Assembly: GCA_902628335.1 (NCBI GenBank)
Contig: CACOMO010000001.1
Location: 109,313 to 173,312, forward strand
Origin: an uncultured Gammaproteobacteria bacterium
Lineage (GTDB): Bacteria > Pseudomonadota > Gammaproteobacteria > GCA-002705445 > GCA-002716945
Direction of reading: 5' to 3'
DNA length: 64,000 nt
The notes beneath the pieces were generated by a model. That model was given only the letters and a program-made list of their open reading frames with translations. It had not been told where the DNA came from and did no database searches. Made by a program: the position numbers and the translations under genes. This document shows positions 10,693-20,261 of the stretch, in pieces (the first letter of the stretch is position 1; the number at the start of each line of letters is the position of its first letter).

Positions 10693-11700
10693 CTAGCCTC
10701 CAATGTATGACATTTCAATCTTGTTCTCGCGATCATTTCCTATTCTGTGTGTTTTTCTGAGAACGGAATATTGATCTATTCTCTTAGACCATATATCTTG
10801 AATATCATTTTTTAATTTTAACTCACTAGAACTTGACCGCAATCTCTTTAACACATTATATCCATGTGTTGCAAACAAGCACGTGTAAAAAAATCCATCA
10901 GCTGATAATCTAGCTCTATTACAAGATCCGCAGAAAGGTCGCGTAATAGAGGAAATAAACCCAACTTTTGCACTTAAATTTTTAAGTTGCCATTTAGTAG
11001 ATGTCGAATTTTTTTCATCCACTAACTTAGTTAATGTATAATGTCTAGATATATCATTATATATACTTTCAGATGAGTAAACTTTTTCTAAATTCCATTC
11101 ATTGGTCTCCCCTACATCCATAAATTCTATAAATCTTATTTCTACATTCAGATTCTTAAACTTATTGATAATATCTAATATTTCTTGGGAATTAATGTTC
11201 TTCATAACAACAACATTGATTTTAGCAGATCCAAAAACATCAATTGCTATATATATTGCGTCAATAACTTTGCTGATATTTGAATGAGGATTTATTTTTC
11301 TATTAATTGAGCATTTAAGAGAATCAAGACTGATTGTAACACTATCTAACCCATTTTTTTTAAGCAGCTCTGCCTTGTTATAATTTAAAAGAGCCCCATT
11401 AGTTGTAAGTGCAACATGATCAATTCCCAAACCTTTTATTTTTCCAATTAAATTTTCTATATTTCTTCTAAGCAGAGGTTCTCCTCCTGTAAGTCTTATT
11501 TTCTTCAAGTTGAAATTCGTTAAAATTGAAATAAAAGATAATATTTCCTCAAAAGTGAGTAATTCAGATTTCCTAAGATACTTATAATCACTATTGAATA
11601 TATCTTTTGGCATACAATATGAACAGCGATAATTACATCTATCTGTGAGCGATATCCGAAGATATTCGAATGATCTTTTTAATTTATCATTTATCATCAC
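10693..11700 (-). CDS. moaA: GTP 3',8-cyclase (radical SAM)
   Basis: Radical-SAM motif CNYRCSYC near the N-terminus, a second C-terminal Cys cluster (CGSCNRARLSADG) and a terminal GG. Confidence 0.95.
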   Translation of the reverse strand: MMINDKLKRSFEYLRISLTDRCNYRCSYCMPKDIFNSDYKYLRKSELLTFEEILSFISILTNFNLKKIRLTGGEPLLRRNIENLIGKIKGLGIDHVALTTNGALLNYNKAELLKKNGLDSVTISLDSLKCSINRKINPHSNISKVIDAIYIAIDVFGSAKINVVVMKNINSQEILDIINKFKNLNVEIRFIEFMDVGETNEWNLEKVYSSESIYNDISRHYTLTKLVDEKNSTSTKWQLKNLSAKVGFISSITRPFCGSCNRARLSADGFFYTCLFATHGYNVLKRLRSSSSELKLKNDIQDIWSKRIDQYSVLRKTHRIGNDRENKIEMSYIGG

Positions 11701-12466
11701 ACACCTTACATTGCTTGTCTTTATTCAGTTTGATAATTCTAAAATCATTATTCTTTAAATCGATCGTTAGGAGTCTACTCTCCAATCGTTCGCCAATATC
11801 TAGAAGAATTTTTATGCACTCTGAAGCTTGCATAGATCCTACAACACCAGTTAAAGCTGCAAATACTCCGGAGTCAACACAAGCATTACTCTCTGATACA
11901 TTCTCATACAAGCAATTGTAACATGGTTGATCTGTGAGATCGTTACGGAAAACAATTATCTGTCCACTAAATTGTATAGCGGCCCCCATAATAAGTGGAA
12001 TTCTATTGTCCAGAGATATTTTATTTATTAGTGATCTCGTTTTAAAATTGTCAGTAGCATCAATGATGAGGTCTACATCATGAAGATAATTAACATCAGA
12101 GTTACTCGCTAATCGTTCGCTAATTGCGTTTATCTTCATATCGGAGTTAAGTTTCTGCATCTTTATTTTAGCTATATCTACTTTTTTCTTATCGAGATCA
12201 TCCATACTATAGAGTATTTGTCTCTGTAGATTAGTTACATCAATAGTATCATCATCTACAAGTGTAATTTGGCCAATCCCTGAAGATGCTAGATAGTAAG
12301 CAATAGGCGATCCAAGGCCACCCAAGCCAATTAACACAACATGCTTTTCCTTGAGCAAAGCTTGTCCCTCCACATCGATATCATCCAGCAGTATATGTTT
12401 ATTGAAACGAAGTAGCTCCTTATCTGTGAGTGGCGTATGTTTCTTAATTTTTATTTTTGTTCTCAT
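11687..12466 (-). CDS. moeB: Molybdopterin-synthase adenylyltransferase (ThiF/MoeB family)
   Basis: Nucleotide-binding motif GLGGLGSP plus CxxC pairs (CYNC, CKVC). Overlaps moaA by 14 nt. Confidence 0.85.
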   Translation of the reverse strand: MRTKIKIKKHTPLTDKELLRFNKHILLDDIDVEGQALLKEKHVVLIGLGGLGSPIAYYLASSGIGQITLVDDDTIDVTNLQRQILYSMDDLDKKKVDIAKIKMQKLNSDMKINAISERLASNSDVNYLHDVDLIIDATDNFKTRSLINKISLDNRIPLIMGAAIQFSGQIIVFRNDLTDQPCYNCLYENVSESNACVDSGVFAALTGVVGSMQASECIKILLDIGERLESRLLTIDLKNNDFRIIKLNKDKQCKVCDDK

Positions 12467-12746
12467 TAAATTTTTTTAGCTGCTCTTCGGTTGCGGGTTT
12501 TTGGTATTGTTTTTTGTACTCATCATATGGCATGCCGTATATATATTCACGAGCAGCATCATAATCGATCTCTTGACCTAGTTTTTTAGCCTCTTCAGAA
12601 TACCATTTAGATATACAATTTCTGCAAAAATTTGCTAAATTCATCAAATCTATATTCTGCACATTTGGATTATCTCTCAAGTGATTCAAGATTCTTTGAA
12701 ATGTTGCTGCCTCAATTTCAACCTTGTCATTATCTTTGATAGACAT
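12444..12746 (-). CDS. DUF1244-like small protein
   Basis: 100 aa. The FCRNCISKWY segment is typical of DUF1244. It is the first gene of the minus-strand Moco/argG operon. Confidence 0.6.
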   Translation of the reverse strand: MSIKDNDKVEIEAATFQRILNHLRDNPNVQNIDLMNLANFCRNCISKWYSEEAKKLGQEIDYDAAREYIYGMPYDEYKKQYQKPATEEQLKKFNENKNKN

Positions 12747-12815
12747 ATATTAACCTCCAAATAAATTTATATTATTTCAGTATATATAATCTCAAGGGCT
12801 TTTAAATAGATATGT

Positions 12816-13703
12816 CTAAGCTTTTTTAAAATCGCTTTGCGATAGTTTAATTCCGTAGATTACAACTAATAGACCTATAAGATAATTGATAAAAACTCCC
12901 TCATTGAGGAATATTACACCAAAGAAAATGGACCAAATTGGAATCAAGTAATTCATTATTGATATGAATGATGCACCGGATGTTTGAAGAATTTGAAAAT
13001 AGATGATAGTGGCGATAGCAGTGCAAAAAATACCTAGCATTAAAATACTGATCAGGTGAGGATAGGATATCTCGCTGTTGAGCGGTGTATCAAATGAAAA
13101 CAGATATATAAACATTATCACTGCAGAATATAGTATTGTTCCAGTCGATGCGTTGAGAGGATCAGTAACTTTATTCTTTTTTCCATAGACTGCAGAACAT
13201 GAATACAGTATCGCCCCACTCATGACCATCACCTCTGATAGTATATTTTCAGACACGCTGGGTAGTAGAAATATTTCTGGCATAATTAGAATAATAATTC
13301 CGAAAAAAGCAATTACGAAACCTACTATCTTTTTTTTCGTGAGAAATTCATCATCTAGAAAAATATGTGATAACAATATGGTAGATATTGGCATTGTAGC
13401 CATTAGTATTCCAGCTAGTGAGCTGTCAATGCCTATTTGACCATATGAGATCAGTAGGAAAGGTGCCACTATTCCTACAATACTCATAAAGCTATAATAT
13501 TTCCAGTCTTTTGCCTCTATAGTAATTGACCCATTTCTTATTAGTAGTATAAAAAAAAGGAGTAATGCTCCAATTATCAATCTACCAGCAACTATAATCT
13601 CTGGAGTATAAACTTCTAGGGAATATTTATTTAGAGTAAATGCTCCTCCCCATATCGCTGATAGAATAAGTAAAAGAATCCAATTAATTGTATATATATT
13701 CAT
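12816..13703 (-). CDS. EamA/DMT-family transporter
   Basis: 295 aa with about 10 TM segments in two EamA-like halves. Confidence 0.8.
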   Translation of the reverse strand: MNIYTINWILLLILSAIWGGAFTLNKYSLEVYTPEIIVAGRLIIGALLLFFILLIRNGSITIEAKDWKYYSFMSIVGIVAPFLLISYGQIGIDSSLAGILMATMPISTILLSHIFLDDEFLTKKKIVGFVIAFFGIIILIMPEIFLLPSVSENILSEVMVMSGAILYSCSAVYGKKNKVTDPLNASTGTILYSAVIMFIYLFSFDTPLNSEISYPHLISILMLGIFCTAIATIIYFQILQTSGASFISIMNYLIPIWSIFFGVIFLNEGVFINYLIGLLVVIYGIKLSQSDFKKA

Positions 13704-13748
13704 CTTGAGTTATTCTTAAAATTAATTTGATGTAGTATTTTAATATTT

Positions 13749-14408
13749 ATGAAGCTTTTATCAATAAATATATCGGAACCAAAAAAAATAATTTTTAATG
13801 GCAAAGAGCTTATCACAAGTATCTACAAGACGCCTGTTAATAAAGAGGTTGAAGTTGGGCAACTAGGAATAGAGGGGGATCGACAGGCTGATCTCCAGGT
13901 GCATGGCGGTTATGACAAAGCTGTATACGCTTACTCTCATACACATTATTCCCATTGGTCTGATATCATGAAAAAATCCTTCGGAGAATTTGGGTTAGTA
14001 GGAGAAAACCTTACTATAGATAACTTTGATGAGAACGACGTATTTATTGGCGATGAATATCAAATAGGTACAACACTCTTACAAATCTCACAACCAAGAA
14101 TACCTTGCTATAAAATCGGGATCAAAATGAACAGTAGAGAATTTCCAAAATTATTCTCACAAAGTGGTTTACTTGGATCATATATGAGAGTAAAAGAGAC
14201 AGGTAGTATTAATATAGGTGATTCAGTAGAGCTGTCCAAACGTGATGATAGTAGCATGTCTATTTTTGAAATATCTCAACTTCTATTTGTTGATCTGAAG
14301 AATATCGAGGGTATGAAAAGGGCAATTGGACTGAAATATCTATCAGAAGAAATAAAAGAGAAATTCAGGGAAAGACTCATGAAACTTGGAGATTTTTCAT
14401 CCCTCTGA
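13749..14408 (+). CDS. MOSC-domain protein (YiiM-like)
   Basis: 219 aa. Contains the HGGYDKAVYAY and QPRIPCYKIG segments characteristic of YiiM-type MOSC proteins. Confidence 0.8.
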   Translation: MKLLSINISEPKKIIFNGKELITSIYKTPVNKEVEVGQLGIEGDRQADLQVHGGYDKAVYAYSHTHYSHWSDIMKKSFGEFGLVGENLTIDNFDENDVFIGDEYQIGTTLLQISQPRIPCYKIGIKMNSREFPKLFSQSGLLGSYMRVKETGSINIGDSVELSKRDDSSMSIFEISQLLFVDLKNIEGMKRAIGLKYLSEEIKEKFRERLMKLGDFSSL

Positions 14409-14411
14409 ATT

Positions 14412-14600
14412 ATGAAAATATCAAACATAAAGGTTGTGGATGATGATGTAAATATTGTAGCATGTGTGGGAGATGCTGAAACAGGTGCGCATCCAAAAGT
14501 GTACCTCAACATCCGTGATGAAGATGGTAAAATTGAGTGTTATTATTGTGGAAAAACGTTTATATACAAGTCTAAAATGAGAAAAGGTAGATATGTTTGA
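14412..14600 (+). CDS. Zinc-finger (zf-CHCC-like) small protein
   Basis: 62 aa. The pattern HPKVYL...IECYYCGKTF resembles the zf-CHCC / NDUFS6-like domain. Confidence 0.55.
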   Translation: MKISNIKVVDDDVNIVACVGDAETGAHPKVYLNIRDEDGKIECYYCGKTFIYKSKMRKGRYV

Positions 14601-15048
14601 AAAAAGAAAGTCAATTAAACAAGTAGAGGAAGGTCAAGACCTCTGTCCAAAGTTTGATAATAATGGACTAATACCCGTTGTAACGACTGATTTTAAGACA
14701 GGGAATCTCCTAATGCATGCTTATATGAATAAAGAGGCATTGGAGCTCACTATTAAAAAGAAAGAGGCTTATTACTATAGTAGGAGTCGAAAATGTGTAT
14801 GGCATAAAGGTGGAACTAGTGGATTCATTCAAGAAGTTAAGTCAATCATGATAGACGATGACCAAGATTGTGTTTGGTTGAAAGTTGATGTAAAAGGTCA
14901 AGCTAGTTGCCATGTTGGCTATAACTCCTGTTTTTATAGAGTAGTTACAGTCGATAAGAATAAAATACGACTAGATTTTACTGAAAAAGAGAAAGTATTT
15001 GATCCAGATGAGGTTTATGGAGACGCACCTAATCCAACAATATTGTAA
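14593..15048 (+). CDS. hisI: Phosphoribosyl-AMP cyclohydrolase (monofunctional HisI)
   Basis: Contains YYYSRSRKCVWHKGGTSG and the DQDCVWLKVD...ASCHVGYNSCFY metal-binding Cys pattern. No HisE domain is fused. Confidence 0.88.
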   Translation: MFEKRKSIKQVEEGQDLCPKFDNNGLIPVVTTDFKTGNLLMHAYMNKEALELTIKKKEAYYYSRSRKCVWHKGGTSGFIQEVKSIMIDDDQDCVWLKVDVKGQASCHVGYNSCFYRVVTVDKNKIRLDFTEKEKVFDPDEVYGDAPNPTIL

Positions 15049-15053
15049 ACCAG

Positions 15054-15281
15054 TTATCTCACTTTTTCGCTGAAAAATCTCGCAATTATGCCCGTCAAAT
15101 AAAGATTGATTATCAAATATACTGGACCAAAAGCCATAGATACGTAAAAATAATATATTGAAGGTATCGGGCTGTAATTAGAAAAGTAACTGTAAGTAAG
15201 ATGAATAAATATCAAAAGTGGAGTAAGTATAAGAGCGCCCAATATCACATCAAACAAAATATTTCTCAATGAACTCATCAA
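15054..15281 (-). CDS. Hypothetical small membrane protein (2 TM)
   Basis: 75 aa hydrophobic ORF. No family recognised. It could be a chance ORF in AT-rich DNA. Confidence 0.3.
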   Translation of the reverse strand: MMSSLRNILFDVILGALILTPLLIFIHLTYSYFSNYSPIPSIYYFYVSMAFGPVYLIINLYLTGIIARFFSEKVR

Positions 15282-16141
15282 ACAAAAAACCTCATAATAT
15301 TAATATAACAAAAAAAGATGCTTGGCAAATAGTTTTGCAAGCAAAAAATCAACTTTCTCATAGAAAGAAGCAAAAAACGTATACGATAAAATATATTACT
15401 AATAAACATAACCTTATGTGCACATTTTCCATTATTAAAAGAAGATTGGTTAAAAAAAACTTCTCTTGTGAAGAACATATTGAAAGTATGATCAATATGT
15501 ATTTGAGATTAATCTTTGCTGATAGTACTCCTTATTTTATTGGTCATCTAGCACAGAGTCTAGATGGTTTCATAGCTACTAAAACTGGTGAATCAAAATA
15601 TATTAGTTCTAAAGAAAATCTGGAACACGTCCATATGCTACGGTGTATTAGCGATGTGATAATTGTAGGTTCAAAAACAGTACAGAAAGATGATCCAAAA
15701 CTAACAGCTAGATTAGTCAAAGGAAATAATCCAATGAGATTAATACTAGACAAAAAAAATGAATTAGACAATAAATATAATGTATTCTCCAATAAGGATG
15801 GCTTAGGATTTAAAATTATCTCATCTAAAATCAAAAATAATAATGATCATGTGTTTTCCCTTCCCCTCCAGAAAGGATATTTTAAGTTTAATGATCTAAA
15901 GAATTTATTACATAAATTAAATAAAAAGATTATTTTTGTTGAGGGTGGTGGATCATTATTATCTAGATTTTTTGATAGTGGTTTTTTAAATCAATTACAA
16001 ATTTGTATGTGTCCGATAATATTAGGGTCTGGTAAAAATAGCTTCCTTATAAAAGTACATAAAAATATTCCGGAATTAAATTATAGACAGGTCAAATATC
16101 ATAGAATGGGTCCTGATATCTTATGTGATATCACTTTCTAA
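15269..16141 (+). CDS. RibD C-terminal-domain (DHFR-like) reductase family protein
   Basis: Contains the GHLAQSLDGFIATKTGES motif typical of the RibD_C reductase fold, and VEGGGSLLSRF near the C-terminus. An N-terminal extension of about 85 aa is of unknown status. Internal Met candidates lie at 15488 and 15497. Confidence 0.7.
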   Translation: MNSSNKKPHNINITKKDAWQIVLQAKNQLSHRKKQKTYTIKYITNKHNLMCTFSIIKRRLVKKNFSCEEHIESMINMYLRLIFADSTPYFIGHLAQSLDGFIATKTGESKYISSKENLEHVHMLRCISDVIIVGSKTVQKDDPKLTARLVKGNNPMRLILDKKNELDNKYNVFSNKDGLGFKIISSKIKNNNDHVFSLPLQKGYFKFNDLKNLLHKLNKKIIFVEGGGSLLSRFFDSGFLNQLQICMCPIILGSGKNSFLIKVHKNIPELNYRQVKYHRMGPDILCDITF

Positions 16142-17015
16142 TTGATAAAAGAAAATATAGCCCTGGCAAAGAACAGAGAAGGTTTAGAATGCCGTACATT
16201 ATTGCAACGCTAATACTGGATGAAGCTGACAATCCTAACAAAAATGCAATCAATAAAGCTGTCGCCTCTCTGACTCCCCATCCACCAATGCTAACTGGTA
16301 ATGTCATAGAAAACAATATAATAGGAGTAAACACAAAGAATGAAAAATAATCTATAGAAAGACCTATAGCTTCCGCTGAAATTATATAAATTATAATATA
16401 AGAAAGTACTACAAAAAACGATATTATGGTGTGATTCCAAAAGATTATTCCTGAGAATATTCTTTTAAAATTAAGCATAATTTCATTAGAACGAATTTTA
16501 TTAAAGTAGATTTTTTTAATAATAAAATAAAATATCAAAATAGCTAATGTGACTGGTATAACAGTATAAAAAAATGCAAGATACTTTTCGTTGAAAAGGA
16601 AAAATAGTGTTAGTGAAAAAAGGAAGATAAAGAACATCATGATTTGTCCTGACAATCTCTCGAAAACAATGCCTTGTACTGATTTACTGAGGTTAATTAC
16701 CCTGTGAGTAGATTCACGAGCACAATAAGCTCTGTATATATCACCAGCAACTCCACCCGGTAGAACATTATTAATAAAGCTAGAGATATAATAAAATCTA
16801 AGGCAATAAAAAAAGTTCATCTCAGTGCCATTTTTAGATGAGATATACATCCATCGGTATGCAGATAAGATGTATTGAAAAAAACTTATTAACAAAACCA
16901 GTAAAATATATTGATAGTTTATTACACTGAGTGTTTTCTGTATATCCTTACCATATGTTGCAATGACGTAGTACAGTAAACCAAAAGAAAGTATATACTT
17001 TAAAATATTTTTCAT
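16131..17015 (-). CDS. Flippase-like membrane protein (lysyl-PG synthase TM-region / UPF0104 family)
   Basis: 294 aa with about 8 TM segments. Motifs LPGGVAGDIYRAY and GGWGVREA are typical of the MprF-N-terminal/UPF0104 family. Confidence 0.72.
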   Translation of the reverse strand: MKNILKYILSFGLLYYVIATYGKDIQKTLSVINYQYILLVLLISFFQYILSAYRWMYISSKNGTEMNFFYCLRFYYISSFINNVLPGGVAGDIYRAYCARESTHRVINLSKSVQGIVFERLSGQIMMFFIFLFSLTLFFLFNEKYLAFFYTVIPVTLAILIFYFIIKKIYFNKIRSNEIMLNFKRIFSGIIFWNHTIISFFVVLSYIIIYIISAEAIGLSIDYFSFFVFTPIILFSMTLPVSIGGWGVREATALLIAFLLGLSASSSISVAIMYGILNLLCSLPGLYFLLSIRK

Positions 17016-17023
17016 TTCACTAC

Positions 17024-17884
17024 TTATGTCTCAATAATAATATCATTGTGACCTACTCTAGTTTCAAGAGAGCCACTATTGATCAATTTTATTTTTGAAA
17101 TGTACCATTTTTCAAGTATTTTATTATCAGTATACTTATTTCTTTTCAGAGGTTTATATAAGGTCTCAAGGTATTTATGATGAAAGTTTTTGTTATCATC
17201 AGTATTAGATAATAACCTCCATGATGAATCATAAATTGTAATTTTGAATTTTTTTTTCTTTGATAGTTGTTTTACTTTATCGATACTTCTATAACCCAGT
17301 GATATATCACCTGCCTTGATACTCTGTTGCTCTCTATTAAATTCATTTACTATATATTTGTCATAAGAGTTTTTGTCATTCCAATTTATCTTACCGTTGA
17401 AACATAATGTCATAGCGATAACTTTGTCACATTTGATCTTATTGAACAGTTTTTTTAGGTAATTAAACGACAATAAATCTATTAATGCTGACATGCTTAA
17501 TACATCAAAGTTGTTTATTAAATTGATTGATAAACTTAGGTCTTTATTTAATGTTTTAAATCCAAAAGTTAAATTACTAACTGGATCCTCAACTTTGAAT
17601 TCTTTTTTTGATACTTTCTTTATTATGAGTTTTCTATTCTTGCAAAATCTTGAGGTGATCCTCTGAGTATTATTTAATAACCTTTGGTCATGATCAAGTA
17701 GCATCATATTCTCAAAAAATATATTGTTCGCCAAGCACCATCTACTGAAAGCACCAGTTCCTGCTCCAATATCAAGTATCCTATCGGATTGTCTAATAAA
17801 TTTTTTTAAATTTTTATTTCTGGATAAAATATCATACGGTTCCCTTAAGGCTAGCCATGTACTAGTAAAATGATCTTTTTTCAT
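17024..17884 (-). CDS. Class I SAM-dependent methyltransferase
   Basis: 286 aa with SAM motif I (ILDIGAGTGAFS). Confidence 0.75.
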   Translation of the reverse strand: MKKDHFTSTWLALREPYDILSRNKNLKKFIRQSDRILDIGAGTGAFSRWCLANNIFFENMMLLDHDQRLLNNTQRITSRFCKNRKLIIKKVSKKEFKVEDPVSNLTFGFKTLNKDLSLSINLINNFDVLSMSALIDLLSFNYLKKLFNKIKCDKVIAMTLCFNGKINWNDKNSYDKYIVNEFNREQQSIKAGDISLGYRSIDKVKQLSKKKKFKITIYDSSWRLLSNTDDNKNFHHKYLETLYKPLKRNKYTDNKILEKWYISKIKLINSGSLETRVGHNDIIIET

Positions 17885-18858
17885 AAGCTTTTTCTTATTT
17901 TTTTCGCTGCATCTGACCAGGTATAAAGTGTATTTTGACTTTTAACATCTACTGAATTGCGTGATAATTTTTCATTTATTTTTTTACTAATGTTGTCTAG
18001 GTTTTTAAGATCAACAAAATCAATAGAATAATTACTTAATACTTCTCGCAATACAGGGAGATCGGTTGTAATAATTTCAAGACCTGCAGCCGCACATTCT
18101 GCAATAGACATCCCAAAACCCTCATATTCAGTCAACGAAATAAAAAATTTGGATTTCTTTATCTCAGCTATCATCTGAGCAGGCTTCACACTACCCAAGA
18201 ATTTTATTCTATCCTTCATTTTATTTTTTATTATCAACTTTTTTAAATATTCATAATAGTTTCGATCCATATCATAATTACCAATTATAGTTAATGTCCA
18301 ATCCTCGGAAACTCTCTCAAGCACCTCAAATAAAATATGATATCCCTTTCTTGGGATGACATTACCAACTGATAAGATATTCTTTGATTCTTTATCAATC
18401 TGTTGGTTATAAAATCTTCTGTCTATACCTGGATATGCTACACAAATATCTTTATAAGTATCCAAATATTTCGATAGTACCTTTCTCATTGTTTTACTAA
18501 CCGTAATAAGTGATTCTGCATCGTTAAACGCTTTTCTTTCAGATAAATATAAGTTTATATTAGACATTTGATTATTTGATACTTCCATAGAGCATGGGTG
18601 ATGGATAAGTATATTTAACCTATTTGTTATTTTAATTTTAATTTTATTAGCTAGATAACCATCAAGGAGTATGTCTGATCTTTTTGGGATAATGTTAATT
18701 TTTTTATGCAATGATATTGTGCTTATGTTGTAGGGAACTCTCACTTCCTTTATTAGTACTCGATTTTTCTTTAAGTGTAGCAAAATATTTTTATCATATA
18801 AGGTGCCACCTGTTATGGAATTATCAAACTCAGGAATAATGAAGTATACTTCCCTCAC
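17881..18858 (-). CDS. Glycosyltransferase family 4 (GT-B)
   Basis: 325 aa with the C-terminal EGFGMSIAECAAAGLEIITTD (E-x7-E region) typical of GT4. Confidence 0.85.
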   Translation of the reverse strand: MREVYFIIPEFDNSITGGTLYDKNILLHLKKNRVLIKEVRVPYNISTISLHKKINIIPKRSDILLDGYLANKIKIKITNRLNILIHHPCSMEVSNNQMSNINLYLSERKAFNDAESLITVSKTMRKVLSKYLDTYKDICVAYPGIDRRFYNQQIDKESKNILSVGNVIPRKGYHILFEVLERVSEDWTLTIIGNYDMDRNYYEYLKKLIIKNKMKDRIKFLGSVKPAQMIAEIKKSKFFISLTEYEGFGMSIAECAAAGLEIITTDLPVLREVLSNYSIDFVDLKNLDNISKKINEKLSRNSVDVKSQNTLYTWSDAAKKIRKSL

Positions 18859-19250
18859 TTAAATAATTTTTCAAAAGATGCTGAAGCTACGTGGGATTCG
18901 TTCAGTATTATTTTAACAGAGTGCAGATGAGATACTCCTTGTGAATGATCCTTAAGTTTAGAAATTATCAAGTTTACAATAAATTCAGCTAGGAATTCTG
19001 TTGTGGTGAGATCTTCTCTGAACTCTGATTCTTCATCTAAGTTTCTAAAATTAAGTTTATCCAAGCACTCTTTGAGAATTTGTGTTGCTAAATCTATATC
19101 AATTACAATATTATTTTCAAGTAAATTTCTCGCAGATATAATTAAATCTACTACATACGTAGCCCCATGAAGATTTTGTGCTCTGCCGAAAGACGGATGT
19201 CTTAAACTATGAGCAATAAATACATGATCTCTTACTTTGACGGTATACAT
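18855..19250 (-). CDS. 6-pyruvoyl-tetrahydropterin synthase/QueD-like (COG0720) protein with a degenerate active site
   Basis: 131 aa. FIAHSL...AQNLHGATYVV aligns to the FEAAHRL...CGRLHGHSF region of QueD. The catalytic Cys and the second His of HGH are both Ala here. Confidence 0.7.
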   Translation of the reverse strand: MYTVKVRDHVFIAHSLRHPSFGRAQNLHGATYVVDLIISARNLLENNIVIDIDLATQILKECLDKLNFRNLDEESEFREDLTTTEFLAEFIVNLIISKLKDHSQGVSHLHSVKIILNESHVASASFEKLFK

Positions 19251-19254
19251 AGAT

Positions 19255-20232
19255 TTAATATTTTACAACCTTACAAAGAAAATTGTTATGGTTTTTTTTA
19301 TCAGAGAAGAATTTATCTAAAATATTAAAATTAATATGCTTCTTTTCTATTAGATGATCTAGGTCACTATCGGTGTTTGATAGTATGTCTAGTGCAATTT
19401 TTCTGCGATCTTGATTGGTTATATCACTACGAGCTGGCGATATTTTTGATACTTGAGACATAATCAGTCTAGCCCTCTTTGAAAAAAAATTCTCCCCTAG
19501 TGCTATTTCTGATTTCTTATCTCCATACCAACTTAGGATACATATAGTAGAATTGACATTAATATTATTCTTTAATGAATTCAGAACTTTATGATCCCCT
19601 GTACATTCGTAAATAAATCTCGCATCAAATTTTTTTGGGATCGTATCAAGAAATTTCAAACCTAACTTTTTCGCAATGTTACTCTTTGATGGATCTTTAT
19701 CCACCACAAACAAACTTACACCTGGAACTTTACTGACAAGGTAGGCTGTAAGCAATCCAACAATCCCAGCTCCAATCACTAGAATTCGATCACCAGCACT
19801 CGGTAATGTGTCCCAAATTGCATTTATGGCTGTTTCCAGGTTAGGGATCAATAAACAACGGGTTAGTGGTATTTTTTTTGGGATGACAAGCACTTCATTA
19901 CGATCGATCTTATAGTAATCTTGATGCGGATATAACGAAAAGATATTGCTACCCAAATATGACTTATCTCCATCAATAACTCTGCCAACATTTATATATC
20001 CATATTTAATGTCATTGCCAAAGTCTCCCTCTTGATGAGGGCACTTCATTAGATTTTTTTGACTTTTTGGAACTTTCCCTGAGTAGACTAATTTTTCTGT
20101 GCCATAACTAATACCAGAAAAAAGTGTTTTTATAACTAACTCAGTACTACTGATCGATGATATTTCACCAGATTTAAAATAACCTTTATTTTTTTTGTTT
20201 ATCCAGTATGATTTTGTTTTATATATTTTCAT
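19255..20232 (-). CDS. Medium-chain dehydrogenase/reductase (ADH-like), apparently zinc-independent
   Basis: 325 aa. Has a Rossmann motif (ILVIGAGIVGLLTA) and a GroES-like N-terminal half. I did not see the canonical GHE Zn-ligand motif. Confidence 0.78.
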   Translation of the reverse strand: MKIYKTKSYWINKKNKGYFKSGEISSISSTELVIKTLFSGISYGTEKLVYSGKVPKSQKNLMKCPHQEGDFGNDIKYGYINVGRVIDGDKSYLGSNIFSLYPHQDYYKIDRNEVLVIPKKIPLTRCLLIPNLETAINAIWDTLPSAGDRILVIGAGIVGLLTAYLVSKVPGVSLFVVDKDPSKSNIAKKLGLKFLDTIPKKFDARFIYECTGDHKVLNSLKNNINVNSTICILSWYGDKKSEIALGENFFSKRARLIMSQVSKISPARSDITNQDRRKIALDILSNTDSDLDHLIEKKHINFNILDKFFSDKKNHNNFLCKVVKY

Positions 20233-20261
20233 ATGCTTATAGAATACTATTATAAATATTT

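Noticed and set aside
14412-15048. The idea that zf-CHCC and HisI belong to the neighbouring PTPS-like/RibD_C cluster, as a nucleotide ring-opening step feeding a pterin-like pathway.
   Set aside because: The HisI sequence has all the canonical PR-AMP cyclohydrolase motifs and is probably the housekeeping copy. It is separated from the cluster by an opposite-strand ORF, and nothing in the sequence argues for a new substrate. Adjacency alone is insufficient.
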